Shown here: positions 51,669 to 62,429 of the stretch, piece after piece
How positions within the stretch are numbered: position 1 is the stretch's first letter
How the letters are laid out: each line of letters begins with the position of its first letter
DNA from: Dehalococcoidia bacterium
GTDB lineage: Bacteria; Chloroflexota; Dehalococcoidia; Lucifugimonadales; UBA3495
Direction of reading: 5' to 3'
Length of the DNA stretch: 64,000 nucleotides
NCBI GenBank assembly: GCA_965220055.1
Contig: CBDCPE010000004.1
Coordinates: 3,628,962-3,692,961 of the forward strand
Program-made: the position numbers and the translations under genes
Notes under the pieces: model-generated
Told to the model about the DNA's origin: nothing
What the model saw: the letters and a program-made list of their open reading frames with translations, nothing else
Database searches by the model: none

Positions 51669-53468
51669 ATGACCACGCAAATCACCAACGAAGACATCGT
51701 CCAACTGTTCAACAACATGGCGGCCATGTTGGAGATCAAGGGCGACACCGTCTTCAAGATTCGCGCCTACCAGCGCGCTGCCAACACCATCGAACAGATC
51801 AGTTGGTCATTGGCCGCAGCGGCTGCCGCCGGCGACGACCTGAAGCAAATCCCAGGTGTCGGCAAGGCCATCAGCGAAAAGGTCCAGGAGTACGTGGCTA
51901 CCGGGCATGTTGCCGCATACGACCGTCTCGCTGAGGAACTGCCTCCCAATGTCCTGGACTTGCTTGAAGTTCCCGGCATGGGCCCCAAGACGGTGAAGGC
52001 CGCCGTGGACGAACTCGGTATCGGCTCTGTCACCGAGCTTGAGCAGGCCGCGTTGGACGGGAGGCTCTCCCAGTTGCCGCGCATGGGCAAACGCTCTGCC
52101 GCAAACATCCTGCGCCACATCCAGGCCCAGCGCTCCCGCTCCGACCGCACGCCCTTGGGCATCGCTTCCGAGACCTGCGCTGCGGTTACAGCCCAGTTGT
52201 TCGACGCCTGCCCTGGTTTGGTGAGCCTCACCCCGGCCGGCTCGCTGCGCCGCTGGGAGGAGACCATCGGAGACCTCGATCTCATCGCCGTTTCGGACAA
52301 CTCGGCCGAAACTGGGCCAGCTCTCGCCGCCTTGTCGTCCGTCCGTGAGATCCTGGTCCAGGGAGACTCGAAGACATCAGTGGTCGTCGACCCCGGCATC
52401 CAGATCGACCTGCGGATCGGCGAGCCGGACGCCATGGGCGCAATGCTCCAGTACTTCACCGGCAGCCAGCAGCACAACATCCGCCTCCGGGATTACGCCA
52501 ATCGACGCGGGCTGTCCCTCAACGAATACGGCATCACCGTCATCGAAAGCGGCGAAACCGAACGTTTCCCGGATGAGGAGTCCTTCTACGGTCGCCTCGA
52601 TCTGCCCTGGATACCGCCGGAACTCCGTCGCGGCTCCGACGAACTGGACGCCGCCCGCGCGGGCAATCTTCCCAACCTGGTTACCGAGACCGACCTCCGC
52701 GGCGATCTGCACCTCCACAGCGACTGGAGCGATGGCAAGTTCCCCCTGGAAGAGATGGTTGCCGCCGTCGCCGCCATGGGCTACGAGTACATGGCCCTCA
52801 CCGACCATTCCCAAGGCCTCGGCGTCGCCAATGGGTTGACTCCCGACCGTCTCGCCCGCCAGATCGAAATCCTGAAGCGTCTCCAGTCGCGGTACGAAAT
52901 GACCATCCTCTGCGGTTCCGAGGTGGACATCCGAGCCGACGGCGCCATGGACTTCCCCGACGACGTCCTGAGCATGCTGGATTGGGTTATCGCCTCCGTT
53001 CACAACGCCATGAGCCAGGACCGTGAGACTATGACCCGGCGCATCGCCAGCGCCATGGAGAACGCCTACGTAACCGTCATCGGCCACGCCTCAACCCGGC
53101 TGCTCGGTCGGCGGGACCCGGTGGAGTTCGATATCGAGGCCCTGCTGAAGACCGCCCGCGACACCGGCACTGCCATGGAGATTAACGCCGCTCCGGAGCG
53201 TCTCGACCTCAAGGACACCCATGCGGCTCGCGCCCGCGAGTGGGGCGTCCCGTTGGTCATCAACACCGACTCTCACCACGTCGACGGCTTGACGAACCGC
53301 ACCTTCGGTGTGGCCGTGGCCCGTCGTGCTTGGTGCGGACCCGAGCATATCCTCAACACCTACCCGTCGAACGAGTTTCTCGCGTGGCTCCGTGCCCCCA
53401 AAGGGCAGCGGCCGGACCGCTTCGACGCTATGGTAGGTGCACGCAGTGCCGGGGCATCCCGACCGTGA
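51669..53468 (+). CDS. PolX-family DNA polymerase with C-terminal PHP domain
   Basis: FKIRAYQRAANTIE and helix-hairpin-helix blocks (IPGVGKAI, VPGMGPKT). GDLDL is the nucleotidyl-transferase motif. The PHP motifs are DLHLHSDWSDG and TDSH. The start is uncertain (51636-51669). Confidence 0.85.
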   Translation: MTTQITNEDIVQLFNNMAAMLEIKGDTVFKIRAYQRAANTIEQISWSLAAAAAAGDDLKQIPGVGKAISEKVQEYVATGHVAAYDRLAEELPPNVLDLLEVPGMGPKTVKAAVDELGIGSVTELEQAALDGRLSQLPRMGKRSAANILRHIQAQRSRSDRTPLGIASETCAAVTAQLFDACPGLVSLTPAGSLRRWEETIGDLDLIAVSDNSAETGPALAALSSVREILVQGDSKTSVVVDPGIQIDLRIGEPDAMGAMLQYFTGSQQHNIRLRDYANRRGLSLNEYGITVIESGETERFPDEESFYGRLDLPWIPPELRRGSDELDAARAGNLPNLVTETDLRGDLHLHSDWSDGKFPLEEMVAAVAAMGYEYMALTDHSQGLGVANGLTPDRLARQIEILKRLQSRYEMTILCGSEVDIRADGAMDFPDDVLSMLDWVIASVHNAMSQDRETMTRRIASAMENAYVTVIGHASTRLLGRRDPVEFDIEALLKTARDTGTAMEINAAPERLDLKDTHAARAREWGVPLVINTDSHHVDGLTNRTFGVAVARRAWCGPEHILNTYPSNEFLAWLRAPKGQRPDRFDAMVGARSAGASRP

Positions 53469-54256
53469 CCTTTTCGGTGGGCGACACCGGGGTCACGGTT
53501 ATCTCGCCGGCCTATGGCGAGGCCGGAGCGCTGCCCGATTACGATCACGTCATCGAGCGTTTGCGTTCCCGTGCCGGCCGTACCGAGCCGTGGCACATCG
53601 CCCTGCTCGACGCCATGGGTCGCTGGAGCCTCTCTCACGAGGACCTGTGGGGACGGCGCTGGCACTACGTCATCGGCGGCGAAGCGCTGGACTGGCTTAC
53701 CTTGGCCCATCGTCTTTGCTTATCCATCCCCGACGCTGTGCCGCCTGCGGAACTGGAATCGTTGCTGTTGTACGGTCGCCTGCCCGAAGACATCAGCTCC
53801 GAACGGTTCCGCCAACTAATCGGGCCCTACCGCTACACCGCCCACTTGAACTTCTGGTACGGCGTGGTGGTAGAAGAGGCTTTACAACTGGTGAGCGAGG
53901 ACTCCATCCGCAAAAGCCGGTTGGCTCGCTGCTACGGCGACAACGACGATGTGGCCGAGGAAGCCTACCGCCATCTCTACGGCGAGACCCGGACCTACCT
54001 CGTCCCTCAATTCTTATCCGATGCCGGCGGAACCTGGGGATACGACCCCGAAGCACTTTCCCTTGTCGCCTGGCATGAGTTCACCTACTGGCTGTTCAAG
54101 CGCCGGATACGCAAGTGGCATCCCGCCCGTGTCGCCAGCGATACCCGACGCGGCCTGGTGCGGCTCCGTGAGTTGCGCGACGACGAAAATGCCGCAGATA
54201 CTGGCCACCTCATCATCAACGATATCGACCTGCCTGCTCTGCAGGCAACAAAATAG
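53465..54256 (+). CDS. Hypothetical protein, translationally coupled to polX
   Basis: The GTG start overlaps the polX stop (GTGA at 53465-53468). 263 aa with backbone codon usage and no recognised motif. Confidence 0.5.
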   Translation: MTFSVGDTGVTVISPAYGEAGALPDYDHVIERLRSRAGRTEPWHIALLDAMGRWSLSHEDLWGRRWHYVIGGEALDWLTLAHRLCLSIPDAVPPAELESLLLYGRLPEDISSERFRQLIGPYRYTAHLNFWYGVVVEEALQLVSEDSIRKSRLARCYGDNDDVAEEAYRHLYGETRTYLVPQFLSDAGGTWGYDPEALSLVAWHEFTYWLFKRRIRKWHPARVASDTRRGLVRLRELRDDENAADTGHLIINDIDLPALQATK

Positions 54257-54275
54257 GGGCGAAAAATTCGCCCCT
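54255..54275. terminator. Bidirectional hairpin terminator between convergent genes
   Basis: Stem aggggcgaa-aaa-ttcgcccct with A/T-rich flanks on both sides. Confidence 0.6.
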
Positions 54276-54306
54276 AAACATTTTCGCCGCTGTGCCGCGT
54301 CCGCGG

Positions 54307-55407
54307 CTACAGGCCGTATACCTTGCGGTAACTCAGGCTCATCCGCTTTCGCTCGGTGTCAATGCTCAGGATCTGCACCTTGATCTGCTGACCCTGGTAG
54401 ACGATCTCCCGAGGGTGCTCCATCCGACGCGCCGATAGTTCGGAGATGTGCACCAAGCCTTCGACCCAGTCTTCCAACTTCACGAAAGCACCGAAGTCCA
54501 TCAAACGCGTGACCGTCCCGTCAACGATGTCACCGACCTGGTAGCGCTCCGGAACGGTGTCCCACGGCTCGGGCTGGGTCCGCTTCAGGCTCAGCGAGAT
54601 CTTACTGTTCTCCCGGTCCACCCGCAGCACCTTCAGCGTTAGGTCGTCTCCAACGCTGACCACTTCCTCCGGCGACTTAATCATCGCCCAAGACAACTCC
54701 GAGATAGGCACCAACCCCTCCGCGTCGCCCAAGTCCACGAAAGCGCCAAACCCCCGCATGGACCGTACCGTGCCCTGCACGATCTGGCCTTCCTGCAATA
54801 CTTCCAGCAGGCGCTCCTTGGCGGCGTTTCGCAACTGCCGCCAGATGCGGCGTTCGGTCAGCACCAGCTTTTCCCGCTGGGCGTCAAGCTCCAGGATGTT
54901 GAAACGGGCGTCCTCACCTATTCGAGCGTCCAAGTGCTCGACACGGCCCTCCTTGGGCACCGGCGCCATCTGGGAAAAGGGAACGAACCCCCGTACCCCT
55001 TGCCAGTCCACTACCAAGCCACCCTTGTTGTGTTGTACCACCTGGGCCGACAGCTCGGAGTCCTGCTTGTGCATCTCAATTAGCTCTTCCCAGACCTGCT
55101 TTTCCTGCGCTTGGTCGAAGGAAAACACGGCCATACCGCCCGGCCCGCGATTGTTCAGGTGAATGACAATCACGTTGGTGCCCGGCTGCATCTGCTCTCG
55201 CCTCTCGTCAGTAAGTGTCCGCATCTCTTGTGGCGGAACAATTCCCTCGGTTTTCAGGCCGGCGCTGATGACCATACCCTCGTCATCGATGCGCACTATC
55301 TCGCCGGTCACCAAGTCGCCCCTCCGGTACTCCCTCGGCGAAAACGCCGACTCCGGGAGCTGCGACATATCAGTGACTTCGACTACATTCGGGTCCTGGG
55401 CTACCAT
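54307..55407 (-). CDS. rpsA: 30S ribosomal protein S1-like (four S1 domains)
   Basis: Four repeats of the G..V.G.V......G.FV S1 pattern (GDLVTGEIVRI, GQIVQGTVRSMRGFGAFVDL, GDIVDGTVTRLMDFGAFVKL). Confidence 0.8.
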   Translation of the reverse strand: MVAQDPNVVEVTDMSQLPESAFSPREYRRGDLVTGEIVRIDDEGMVISAGLKTEGIVPPQEMRTLTDERREQMQPGTNVIVIHLNNRGPGGMAVFSFDQAQEKQVWEELIEMHKQDSELSAQVVQHNKGGLVVDWQGVRGFVPFSQMAPVPKEGRVEHLDARIGEDARFNILELDAQREKLVLTERRIWRQLRNAAKERLLEVLQEGQIVQGTVRSMRGFGAFVDLGDAEGLVPISELSWAMIKSPEEVVSVGDDLTLKVLRVDRENSKISLSLKRTQPEPWDTVPERYQVGDIVDGTVTRLMDFGAFVKLEDWVEGLVHISELSARRMEHPREIVYQGQQIKVQILSIDTERKRMSLSYRKVYGL

Positions 55408-55703
55408 CAGTTAAGCTGCTCCTTACTCTTGCTTACGGCCAGTTGGCGTGGCCGCATAGGTCGAGCAGGTACTTCGTTCTCGCTTGGATCACTTTCCCCA
55501 CAATTCGCCTGCCTAATAATACTTATACCGCAAGCAAATTGCAACCGCTAAATTCGAGAAACGCTGCATGCCCCATCTCGCCGCCTACTCGACCAACAAC
55601 GGACCCATAGAGACTGTTCGAGCCACGCAGGGCAATCGCAATTCAGCATAGTCTAAAAGTCTGGCTAATATTGGTGCGGAGATGAAGTTGTGAGAGGTGC
55701 GCG

Positions 55704-56538
55704 GTGGCGATGGACAATGTACCGCTTTCGATTATGGAACGCTTCGAAATACTGGAAGACCCGCGAACTGGACATGCCAGAAGGCACGAGTTGCGGGACA
55801 TCATCGTCATCACCCTTTGCGCCGTCATCTGCGGCGCCGACAACTGGGTGGAGATTGAGGAGTTCGGCAAGGCCAAGGAGGAGTGGTTCCGCCGGTTCCT
55901 GAAACTGCCCAACGGGATACCGTCCCACGACACCTTCGGGAGGGTGTTCAGGCTGCTGGACCCAGAGCAGTTCTCAGCCTGCTTCATGGACTGGGTACGT
56001 ATGGACTGGGTACGTTCGGTGAGTGAACTGGCCCATGGCGAGGTGGTGGCGATAGATGGCAAGACCCTGCGGCGTTGTCATGACCGAGCCAACGGGCGAG
56101 GTCCGCTGCACAGGGTAAGCGCCTGGGCCACGGAGCACCGCATGGTGCTGGGGCAGACCCGCACCGAGGCTCACTCCAATGAGATCACGGCGATACCGGA
56201 ACTGCTGAAGGTGCTGGAACTGAAAGGGTGCCTGGTAACGATGCGATCTTTGACCAATCACGCCATGGGCTGCCAGAAGAACATCGCCCGTCAGGTGGTG
56301 CGAGGGGGCGCGGAGCCACCGGAGCATCGAGAACAGCCTGCACGGGGTGTTGGACGTGGCCTTCGACGAGGACCACAGTCGTGTGAGGACGGACCATCCC
56401 GACCAGAACCTGGCGGTGATGCGACACCTGACACTCAACCTTCTCAGGCAGGAACGCAGTGCTAAAGTCGGCATCAAAGCGAAACGCAAAAAGGCCGGAT
56501 GGTACTTCGATTACCTGCTCAAAGTCCTATCCCAATGA
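55704..56538 (+). pseudogene. ISAs1-family transposase remnant (internal deletion, in-frame 15-bp duplication)
   Basis: FEILEDPRTGHARRHELRDIIVITLCAVICGADNW...VAIDGKTLR, then a jump to SIENSLH.VLDVAFDEDHSRVRTDH..NLAVMRH..LNLL. MDWVR is duplicated (55985-56014). Confidence 0.8.
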
Positions 56539-56575
56539 AATGCGATTGCCCCCGCACGCCTCCAGGGTCTTTCGA

Positions 56576-57755
56576 TTATTGGAGTGGAGCGCCGATCAAA
56601 GCTAGCGGACGTGATGGGTGGACGGCGAAACGGCGTAAGGCAGCCGCGATATTGGGTTCTCCAGCCAATCGGAACAGACTGACGGTCAGGTTGCGCCGGG
56701 CCGCCATGACCTGGGGAGCCGAACCGGTGCGTACCTGAGAACGGTCTTCGTCGAAGGTAACGTCTCTTACCCAGTGCACTCGGTTCTCGATGCCCCAGTG
56801 TCCTCGCCACAAGGCAAGGAGCCTTTGGTGGCTGGCTTCCTGGCGCGGCAGGCTTCCTGGCGCGGCAGGCTGGTTACGGCATAGGCCAGTTCTCGACGGG
56901 TGGAGTTCTTGCGGCGGACGACGCGCTCCAGTCGGCATACCCGAGACAGGTGCGGCCAATCACTGTAGCCCACCAGAACAGCTGAAACCCCCAGCCGTCG
57001 CTGCTCCACCCGACCACCGTGCTGGTCAACTTGCATCGCTTGGGGTTCTTCCTCCGGTTCCGTCTCCCAAATGGCCGTGATGTCAGGTAACAAGGTGGGC
57101 TGGTTACCCTTCACCGCGAAGAAGTAGTGCCCCCTTGCGCCACCACCCGCTGACATACCACCCGCTGGGTGAACTGGGCATCGCCAGTTGCCACCAGACC
57201 CTTCAGGTCCAACTGCCCCAGCAGACCCGCTACCGCATCCAGCTCATTCTTCTGCTCCCCCACCGCCTGCTGCCCCACCACGACCCCAGCCTGATGAGCA
57301 TATGCCGCCACCAGATGTACCCCAGGCAACCGATCGCCGTGAATGCCCCGCAATGCTTTCCCATCAATGGCCACCGCCTCACCTTCCGACAAACCACGCG
57401 CTTGCAGCCATTGCCCCAACGCCTGCTCGAAGGCCTCCCGATCCAATCTGCTGAACACCTGATGCCGCGTGGACACGCACGGCGTCCGCTCCCGAGTGAA
57501 CCTCAAAGCCTGGGACACTTCCCGGCCCTGGTCCCGTCCCCACTGGCTGATGGCGTACAGACGGGGCGCTCCGCACCGCATGGCGCACACTGCCAATCCT
57601 AAAATCGCCCCCAACGGATGTCGCTTCCCGTGGGCACTGCGCGGGTCCGGCAACCGGCCCAACATCTCGATCAGCGACGAACCAATTTCCGGTTCCTGCC
57701 CTTGTCCCATCACGCACCCCCAAATCTGTGGATGCCCTGACCCTTTATCCCTCAC
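56576..57755 (-). pseudogene. Second ISAs1-family transposase remnant (two frameshifts)
   Basis: Readable in three frames: LPDPRSAHGKRHPL...VAIDGKALRG; then YFFAVKGNQPTL; then HWGIENRVHWVRDVTFDEDRSQVR. One frameshift coincides with the 17-bp duplication at 56833-56866. Confidence 0.8.
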
Positions 57756-57822
57756 CCTCCTTCCTCCAAGCTCGCCCTTGCCCCAGTTTCTTCAATAATC
57801 GAAAAGCCCTGGCACGCCTCGG

Positions 57823-59270
57823 GTAACAGTTCAGAATTGAGGGGAAACGAGCAACTGAAGGCAGGCGTCGAGAGGGTTTAGACCTCTGGCGCGCCAGGTG
57901 CCGAAGAGAGATGCCAGCGCCATCTTGCTTTCGGTGCCCTGCTCCGAACGAGTGCCGCCGCTGACTTTGCGGCTGATTACCACATGGCGCAGGCTGCGCT
58001 CGGCGGCGTTGTTGTCTGGCGGCACGTCCGGTTCGGCCACAAAGACGAAGAGTTCCTTGATGTGGCGCTCGATGCGTCGGCACAGCCTGGCTGGTATTGC
58101 CGACGGGTTATCCAGGAAGGGCTGGCAGATGGTCAGCAGGCTGCGCTCCAATGCCAGTTGGACAACCCGCCGTCGCTGTTGCTCGGGATGGTGGAAGGCT
58201 TTGGCCGCGGCATAGAGTTGGTGGATTGCCCCGGCCCACTGCACCAGTGGGGCGTCCTTTGGGTGGAGGGCTACCAGGTCGTGGATGTCCCGTAGCAGGT
58301 GGGCCCAGCACCGCTGCTTGGGGCCATCATAATGGTGGTAGGCAGCGTAGCAATCGCTGACCAATACTCCGGAGAAAGCATCGCTCAGCGCCTGGTCCAC
58401 GACTGTTTTGCCCCGACCCCGCCGCGGGAAGTAGCGTTCGCGGGAAGTAGCGTTCGGTGGGGGTGCTGAAAGTCCACACCTAGCCGTTGGCCCCGCTCTG
58501 ACGCCAGCCGGTTTCGTCGGCGTGGACCACCGGGCTGGCGCGGATGCGGTCCAGGATCGCGGCCACTGCCGGTTGGGCCCGCTGCGCCGTGCGCTGGATG
58601 GCGCTCACGATGGCCCCCACGCTGCGGCGCAACTGATGCACGGTGTCCAGATACCACTGGACGCTACGGATGGGCAGCCGCCCCTCTTCCCGCAGCGTGG
58701 CGATCAGGCTGAGCAGGTTGACGCCGCGGCGCTGCTGGCCCAGGACCACGCCGTCCAGTTCCGCCGGAGGTGTGCAGCGCCGTCGGCACGCCGGGCAAGT
58801 CCGAGCAATGTAGACCTGCTCGGTGACTTGCACCGGAACCACCGGCAGCTCGATGACTTCCCGAGTGCGCTGGGTCCAACCGCCGGACCGGTGGGCGCCG
58901 CAATCGGGACAGTTCTCCATCACGTGCTCCACCCGGTGGGTCGGTGTCATGCGCGGGCGGGCGAAGCCGTGGCGTCGCTGCTTGCGGGGCCCCGGCTGCG
59001 CTGGGGGCTTCCGGGCCGATTTCGCCTTGAGGCCGGGCATTCGGAGCGGGTCGCCCGGTTTCGCCGGGCCTTCCAGTTCGGCAATCCGCCGCTGCAACCG
59101 CTCAATCACCGCCTGTAACTCGGCGATGATGGCAATCAGCACATCGCGGCCGACGGTGGTGAGGTCAACTTCAGTATCCATGCCCGGTATATGACATAAC
59201 CACCGCCACCCGTGCCAGCGTTCGGCAACCCGCCTTCGGCCAATTCACCTCACCAAGTCTGAACTGTTAC
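57823..59270 (-). mobile_element. IS66-family element, divergent copy B. Its transposase is split (57831-58400 and 58480-59181) by a 16-bp tandem duplication
   Basis: IRs gtaacagttcagaattg and caagtctgaactgttac. Flanked by cgcctcgg at 57815-57822 and 59271-59278. The duplication cgggaagtagcgttcg x2 is at 58425-58456. Confidence 0.85.
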
Positions 59271-59278
59271 CGCCTCGG

Positions 59279-60710
59279 GTAACAGTTCAGAGTTGAGGGG
59301 AAGTGAGCAGTTGACGGCAGGCAGCGATGGGGTTGAGAGCTTGTGCTCGCCAGGTGCCGAAGATTGAGGCCAGCGTCATCTTGGTGTCGGTGCCCTGCGC
59401 TGAGCGGGTGCCCCCGCTGACCTTGCGGCTGACCACCAAATGGCGCAGGCTGCGCTCGGCGGCATTGTTGTCCGGCGGCACTTCCGGTTGGGCCACGAAG
59501 ACGAAGAGTTCCTTGATGTGCTTCTCCATGCGTCGGCACAGTCTGGCCGGGACGGCCGACGGGTCGTCCCGGAATGGACGGCAGAGGGCCAGCAGTCGCC
59601 TTTCCAGGGTCAGTTGGGCGGTGCGGCGTGGTGGTTCTGAAGGGTGGGTAAAGGTCGTGGCCTGACGGTAGAGTTGGTGGACGGCGTCAGCCCACTGGGC
59701 CAGTGATCTATCATCAGGGTAGAGGACACGCAGGTCGTGGATGTCCCGCAGCAGGTGAGCCCAGCAGCGTTGCTTGGGAGCGTCGTAATGGTGGTAGGCG
59801 GCATAGAAGTCGCTGACCAGCACGCCAGCAAACTCCTTGCCCAGGACTTCGTCGACCACGGCCTTGCCCCGACCACGCCGCAGGAAGTACCGCTGGTCGG
59901 AGGTGCTGAAAGTCCACACGTAGCCGTTGTGTCCGTCTTCACGCCAGCCGGTCTCATCGGCGTGGACCACTGGGCTGCCGCGGACGCGCTCCAGTATGCC
60001 CGCCAGTTCGGTCTGCGCTTTGCCCGCCACGGTGCGTGTGGCATTTACGATGGCGCCCAGGCTGAGGCGCAGCCCGTGCACGGTGTCCAGGTACCATTGG
60101 ATGGTGCGTAACGGCAGCCTGGCCTCCTCCCGCAGGGCTGCAATCAGGCTGATGACATTGACCCCCAGACGCTGCTTGCCCATCACCACGCCGTCCAGTT
60201 GTGCTTTGGGAACACAGCAGCGTCGGCACTGTGGACAGGTGCGGGCCAGGTAAACGTGCTCGGTTACCTGCGCCGGAACCTGGGGCAGGTCGATGACCTC
60301 CCGAGTGCGCTGGGCCCAGCCTCCGGACAAGTGGGTCCCGCAGTCGGGACACTGCTCCACCACATGCTCCACTCGGTGGGTGGGCGTCATGCGGGATCGG
60401 GCAAAGCCGTGAAACCGGGGTTTGCGTGGCTCCTTGGGACGTGCTGGCTCCCGGTCCGCTTTGGGCTTCAGACCGGGCATCCGGCGGGAGCTTTGGGGTT
60501 TGGCTTGGCCTTCCAACTGGGCAATCCGCTTCTCCAGCCGCTCGATGATGGCTTGCTGGCGGACTATGATGCCAATCAGGACATCCCGGTCAGCTGCCCT
60601 GAGATTGATTTCGGTATCCATCCCAGTTATATGACATAACCACCGCCCCCAAAGCCAGCCACCCGCAAACCAAGTTCGCCCAATTCACCCCACCAACTCT
60701 GAACAGTTAC
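59279..60710 (-). mobile_element. IS66-family element, copy A2 (1432 bp, near-identical to A1)
   Basis: Same IRs as A1, offset exactly 13060 bp. TSD cgcctcgg at 59271-59278 and 60711-60718. I noticed a single difference (Gly/Ala codon in YDGPKQ/YDAPKQ). Confidence 0.9.
59287..60621 (-). CDS. IS66-family transposase (copy A2)
   Basis: 444 aa. Identical to 46227-47561 except for one residue. Confidence 0.9.
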   Translation of the reverse strand: MDTEINLRAADRDVLIGIIVRQQAIIERLEKRIAQLEGQAKPQSSRRMPGLKPKADREPARPKEPRKPRFHGFARSRMTPTHRVEHVVEQCPDCGTHLSGGWAQRTREVIDLPQVPAQVTEHVYLARTCPQCRRCCVPKAQLDGVVMGKQRLGVNVISLIAALREEARLPLRTIQWYLDTVHGLRLSLGAIVNATRTVAGKAQTELAGILERVRGSPVVHADETGWREDGHNGYVWTFSTSDQRYFLRRGRGKAVVDEVLGKEFAGVLVSDFYAAYHHYDAPKQRCWAHLLRDIHDLRVLYPDDRSLAQWADAVHQLYRQATTFTHPSEPPRRTAQLTLERRLLALCRPFRDDPSAVPARLCRRMEKHIKELFVFVAQPEVPPDNNAAERSLRHLVVSRKVSGGTRSAQGTDTKMTLASIFGTWRAQALNPIAACRQLLTSPQL

Positions 60711-60767
60711 CGCCTCGGAACTCAATTGACACGAATGGTGCCTCCGTCTATGATTAAAGTACGTTTA

Positions 60768-60841
60768 GCCGAGGTAGCTCAGCCTGGTAGAGCACGGCAC
60801 TGAAAATGCCGGTGTCGGTGGTTCGAATCCGCCCCTCGGCA
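60768..60841 (+). tRNA. tRNA-Phe (GAA)
   Basis: Hand-folded cloverleaf. Acceptor GCCGAGG/CCTCGGC, D arm GCTC/GAGC, anticodon stem CGGCA/TGCCG with loop CTGAAAA, T arm GGTGG/CCGCC with TTCGAAT. Discriminator A; CCA is not encoded. Confidence 0.9.
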
Positions 60842-60980
60842 CCTCTTTCTCAATAAGGGTCGGCTGCAAACTCACAAACGGTATCAATAAGAGGGGTATC
60901 GGCAGGATCGTCCCTATTTTGCTGGACAAACTCCCGGCAACGCACAGTAAGAGGCGGTAATAAACAGCACTCGATGACAT

Positions 60981-61017
60981 GATCGCGCCCGGAAACTCCG
61001 GGCGCGATCTTATTGTT
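60981..61017 (+). terminator. Rho-independent terminator-like hairpin
   Basis: Perfect 13-bp stem gatcgcgcccgga-aac-tccgggcgcgatc followed by ttattgtt. Confidence 0.6.
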
Positions 61018-61402
61018 GCGGTAGCCGAGGATCACTCACATCTACAATGCCCCGCATGGCTCGGTACCGATATAGGCCGACGACCGGGACCGCGTCGACC
61101 TCCCTTCAGGTCCGTGGACGAACAGAGAATTGCATCCCAGTTCCAACCCGGCAACGTGATATATTCCCGGGTGCGGCGGCGGCGGGACAATGTCCCGCAG
61201 GAAGATGAGGTGTAAGTGGTCAACGTCGCTCCGTGTCGATCGCCAATGCCTACCGGATGATGCAGGACACCAGCCAGGCAATCAGCGTAGAACACCGGCG
61301 CCCGGACGGCTATACCTTGGACGTTCTGGATTTAACCGTATCGCACCCATCAGATCACGCCAAATCCAGGACCATCACGCTGTTCTGACGGGAGCCGACC
61401 GC

Positions 61403-62250
61403 ATGAGCCAGCAGCCCCAAGGGGTTCTGATCGCCATCGACTGGGAGAACATCCGACGCGGCGCACAGCTCTACCACCGCAACATCAGGCCGGCCGACCT
61501 GTGCCGGGCCATGCAGGATGTGGGCGGCATTTTCGGTGAGGTGGCAGGCGGCAAGGCCTTCGGCGACTGGTCGCTCCGGCCCGAGGACGGGCGGGAGTTC
61601 ACCGAGCACGACATCGTCCTGTATCACGCTCCCCGCACCAGCGCCGGCAAGGACCGGTCCGACCCGGCCATTCTGTTGGAAGTCTACGAGTGGATCAGGG
61701 ACCGTGAGGACTGCGGCACGGTGATCCTGGGTTCCGGCGACGCCGACTACCAGGCCCTGGTGGACCGGGCCCGGGTCCACGGGCGACGCATCGTGCTGTG
61801 CGCTTTCAGCCGGTCGGTGTCTCGTGACATGCTGGCTGCGGCTCCGCTCTTCCCGCTTGAGGCCGAGCTGGGTATCCAGTTGGCGGAACATGGCGACGTC
61901 AACCTGGACCTCCCCGCGGTTCTGGAGGCGCACGACGAGGAGATCGACGATGTCCTGGAACGGTTCGTCCGGGAGATGTACAACCTGGAAGGCAGGCTGA
62001 GCTTGTCGGCTACAGCATGCTATGCAACCAGTGGATGCCGGATTGGGGATTGGCCTGGAACGAGCACGAGTGCAGGCGGCTGGTCGACGAGTACCAGGAG
62101 GATGGGATCGTGGAACGCCACGAGGTGGTCAACCGCAACAACCCCGATTGGCCCACGTCGGCGGTGCGGCTAATCCGGACCAACGACACGGTGCGCCAGG
62201 CGCTGGGGTTCAGCGACGTGACCATAACAAACCCGGTCCCGGCACGCTGA
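61403..62250 (+). pseudogene. NYN/LabA-like (DUF88) domain protein, frameshifted near 61990-62015
   Basis: VLIAIDWENIRRGA...GKAFGDW...ILGSGDADYQALV...GRRIVLCAF is the NYN pattern. The C-terminal domain continues in another frame (62017-62250). GGGAG SD. This could be an assembly error. Confidence 0.6.
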
Positions 62251-62429
62251 TAATGCCGCCGCCATTGACACCGGCATTCCTTATTGTTGTCGATCAGGTG
62301 CGGTTTTGCATAGGTAGGTAGTCACCGTTATCTCCCCAGTGGATGCTCCCAACGGGGCAGCACCCTTCTGATTTCGCGTCCCATTTCTGTGCTCCTTTTG
62401 GGTGTGGGTTCGGCTGCTGGGATTTGTTA

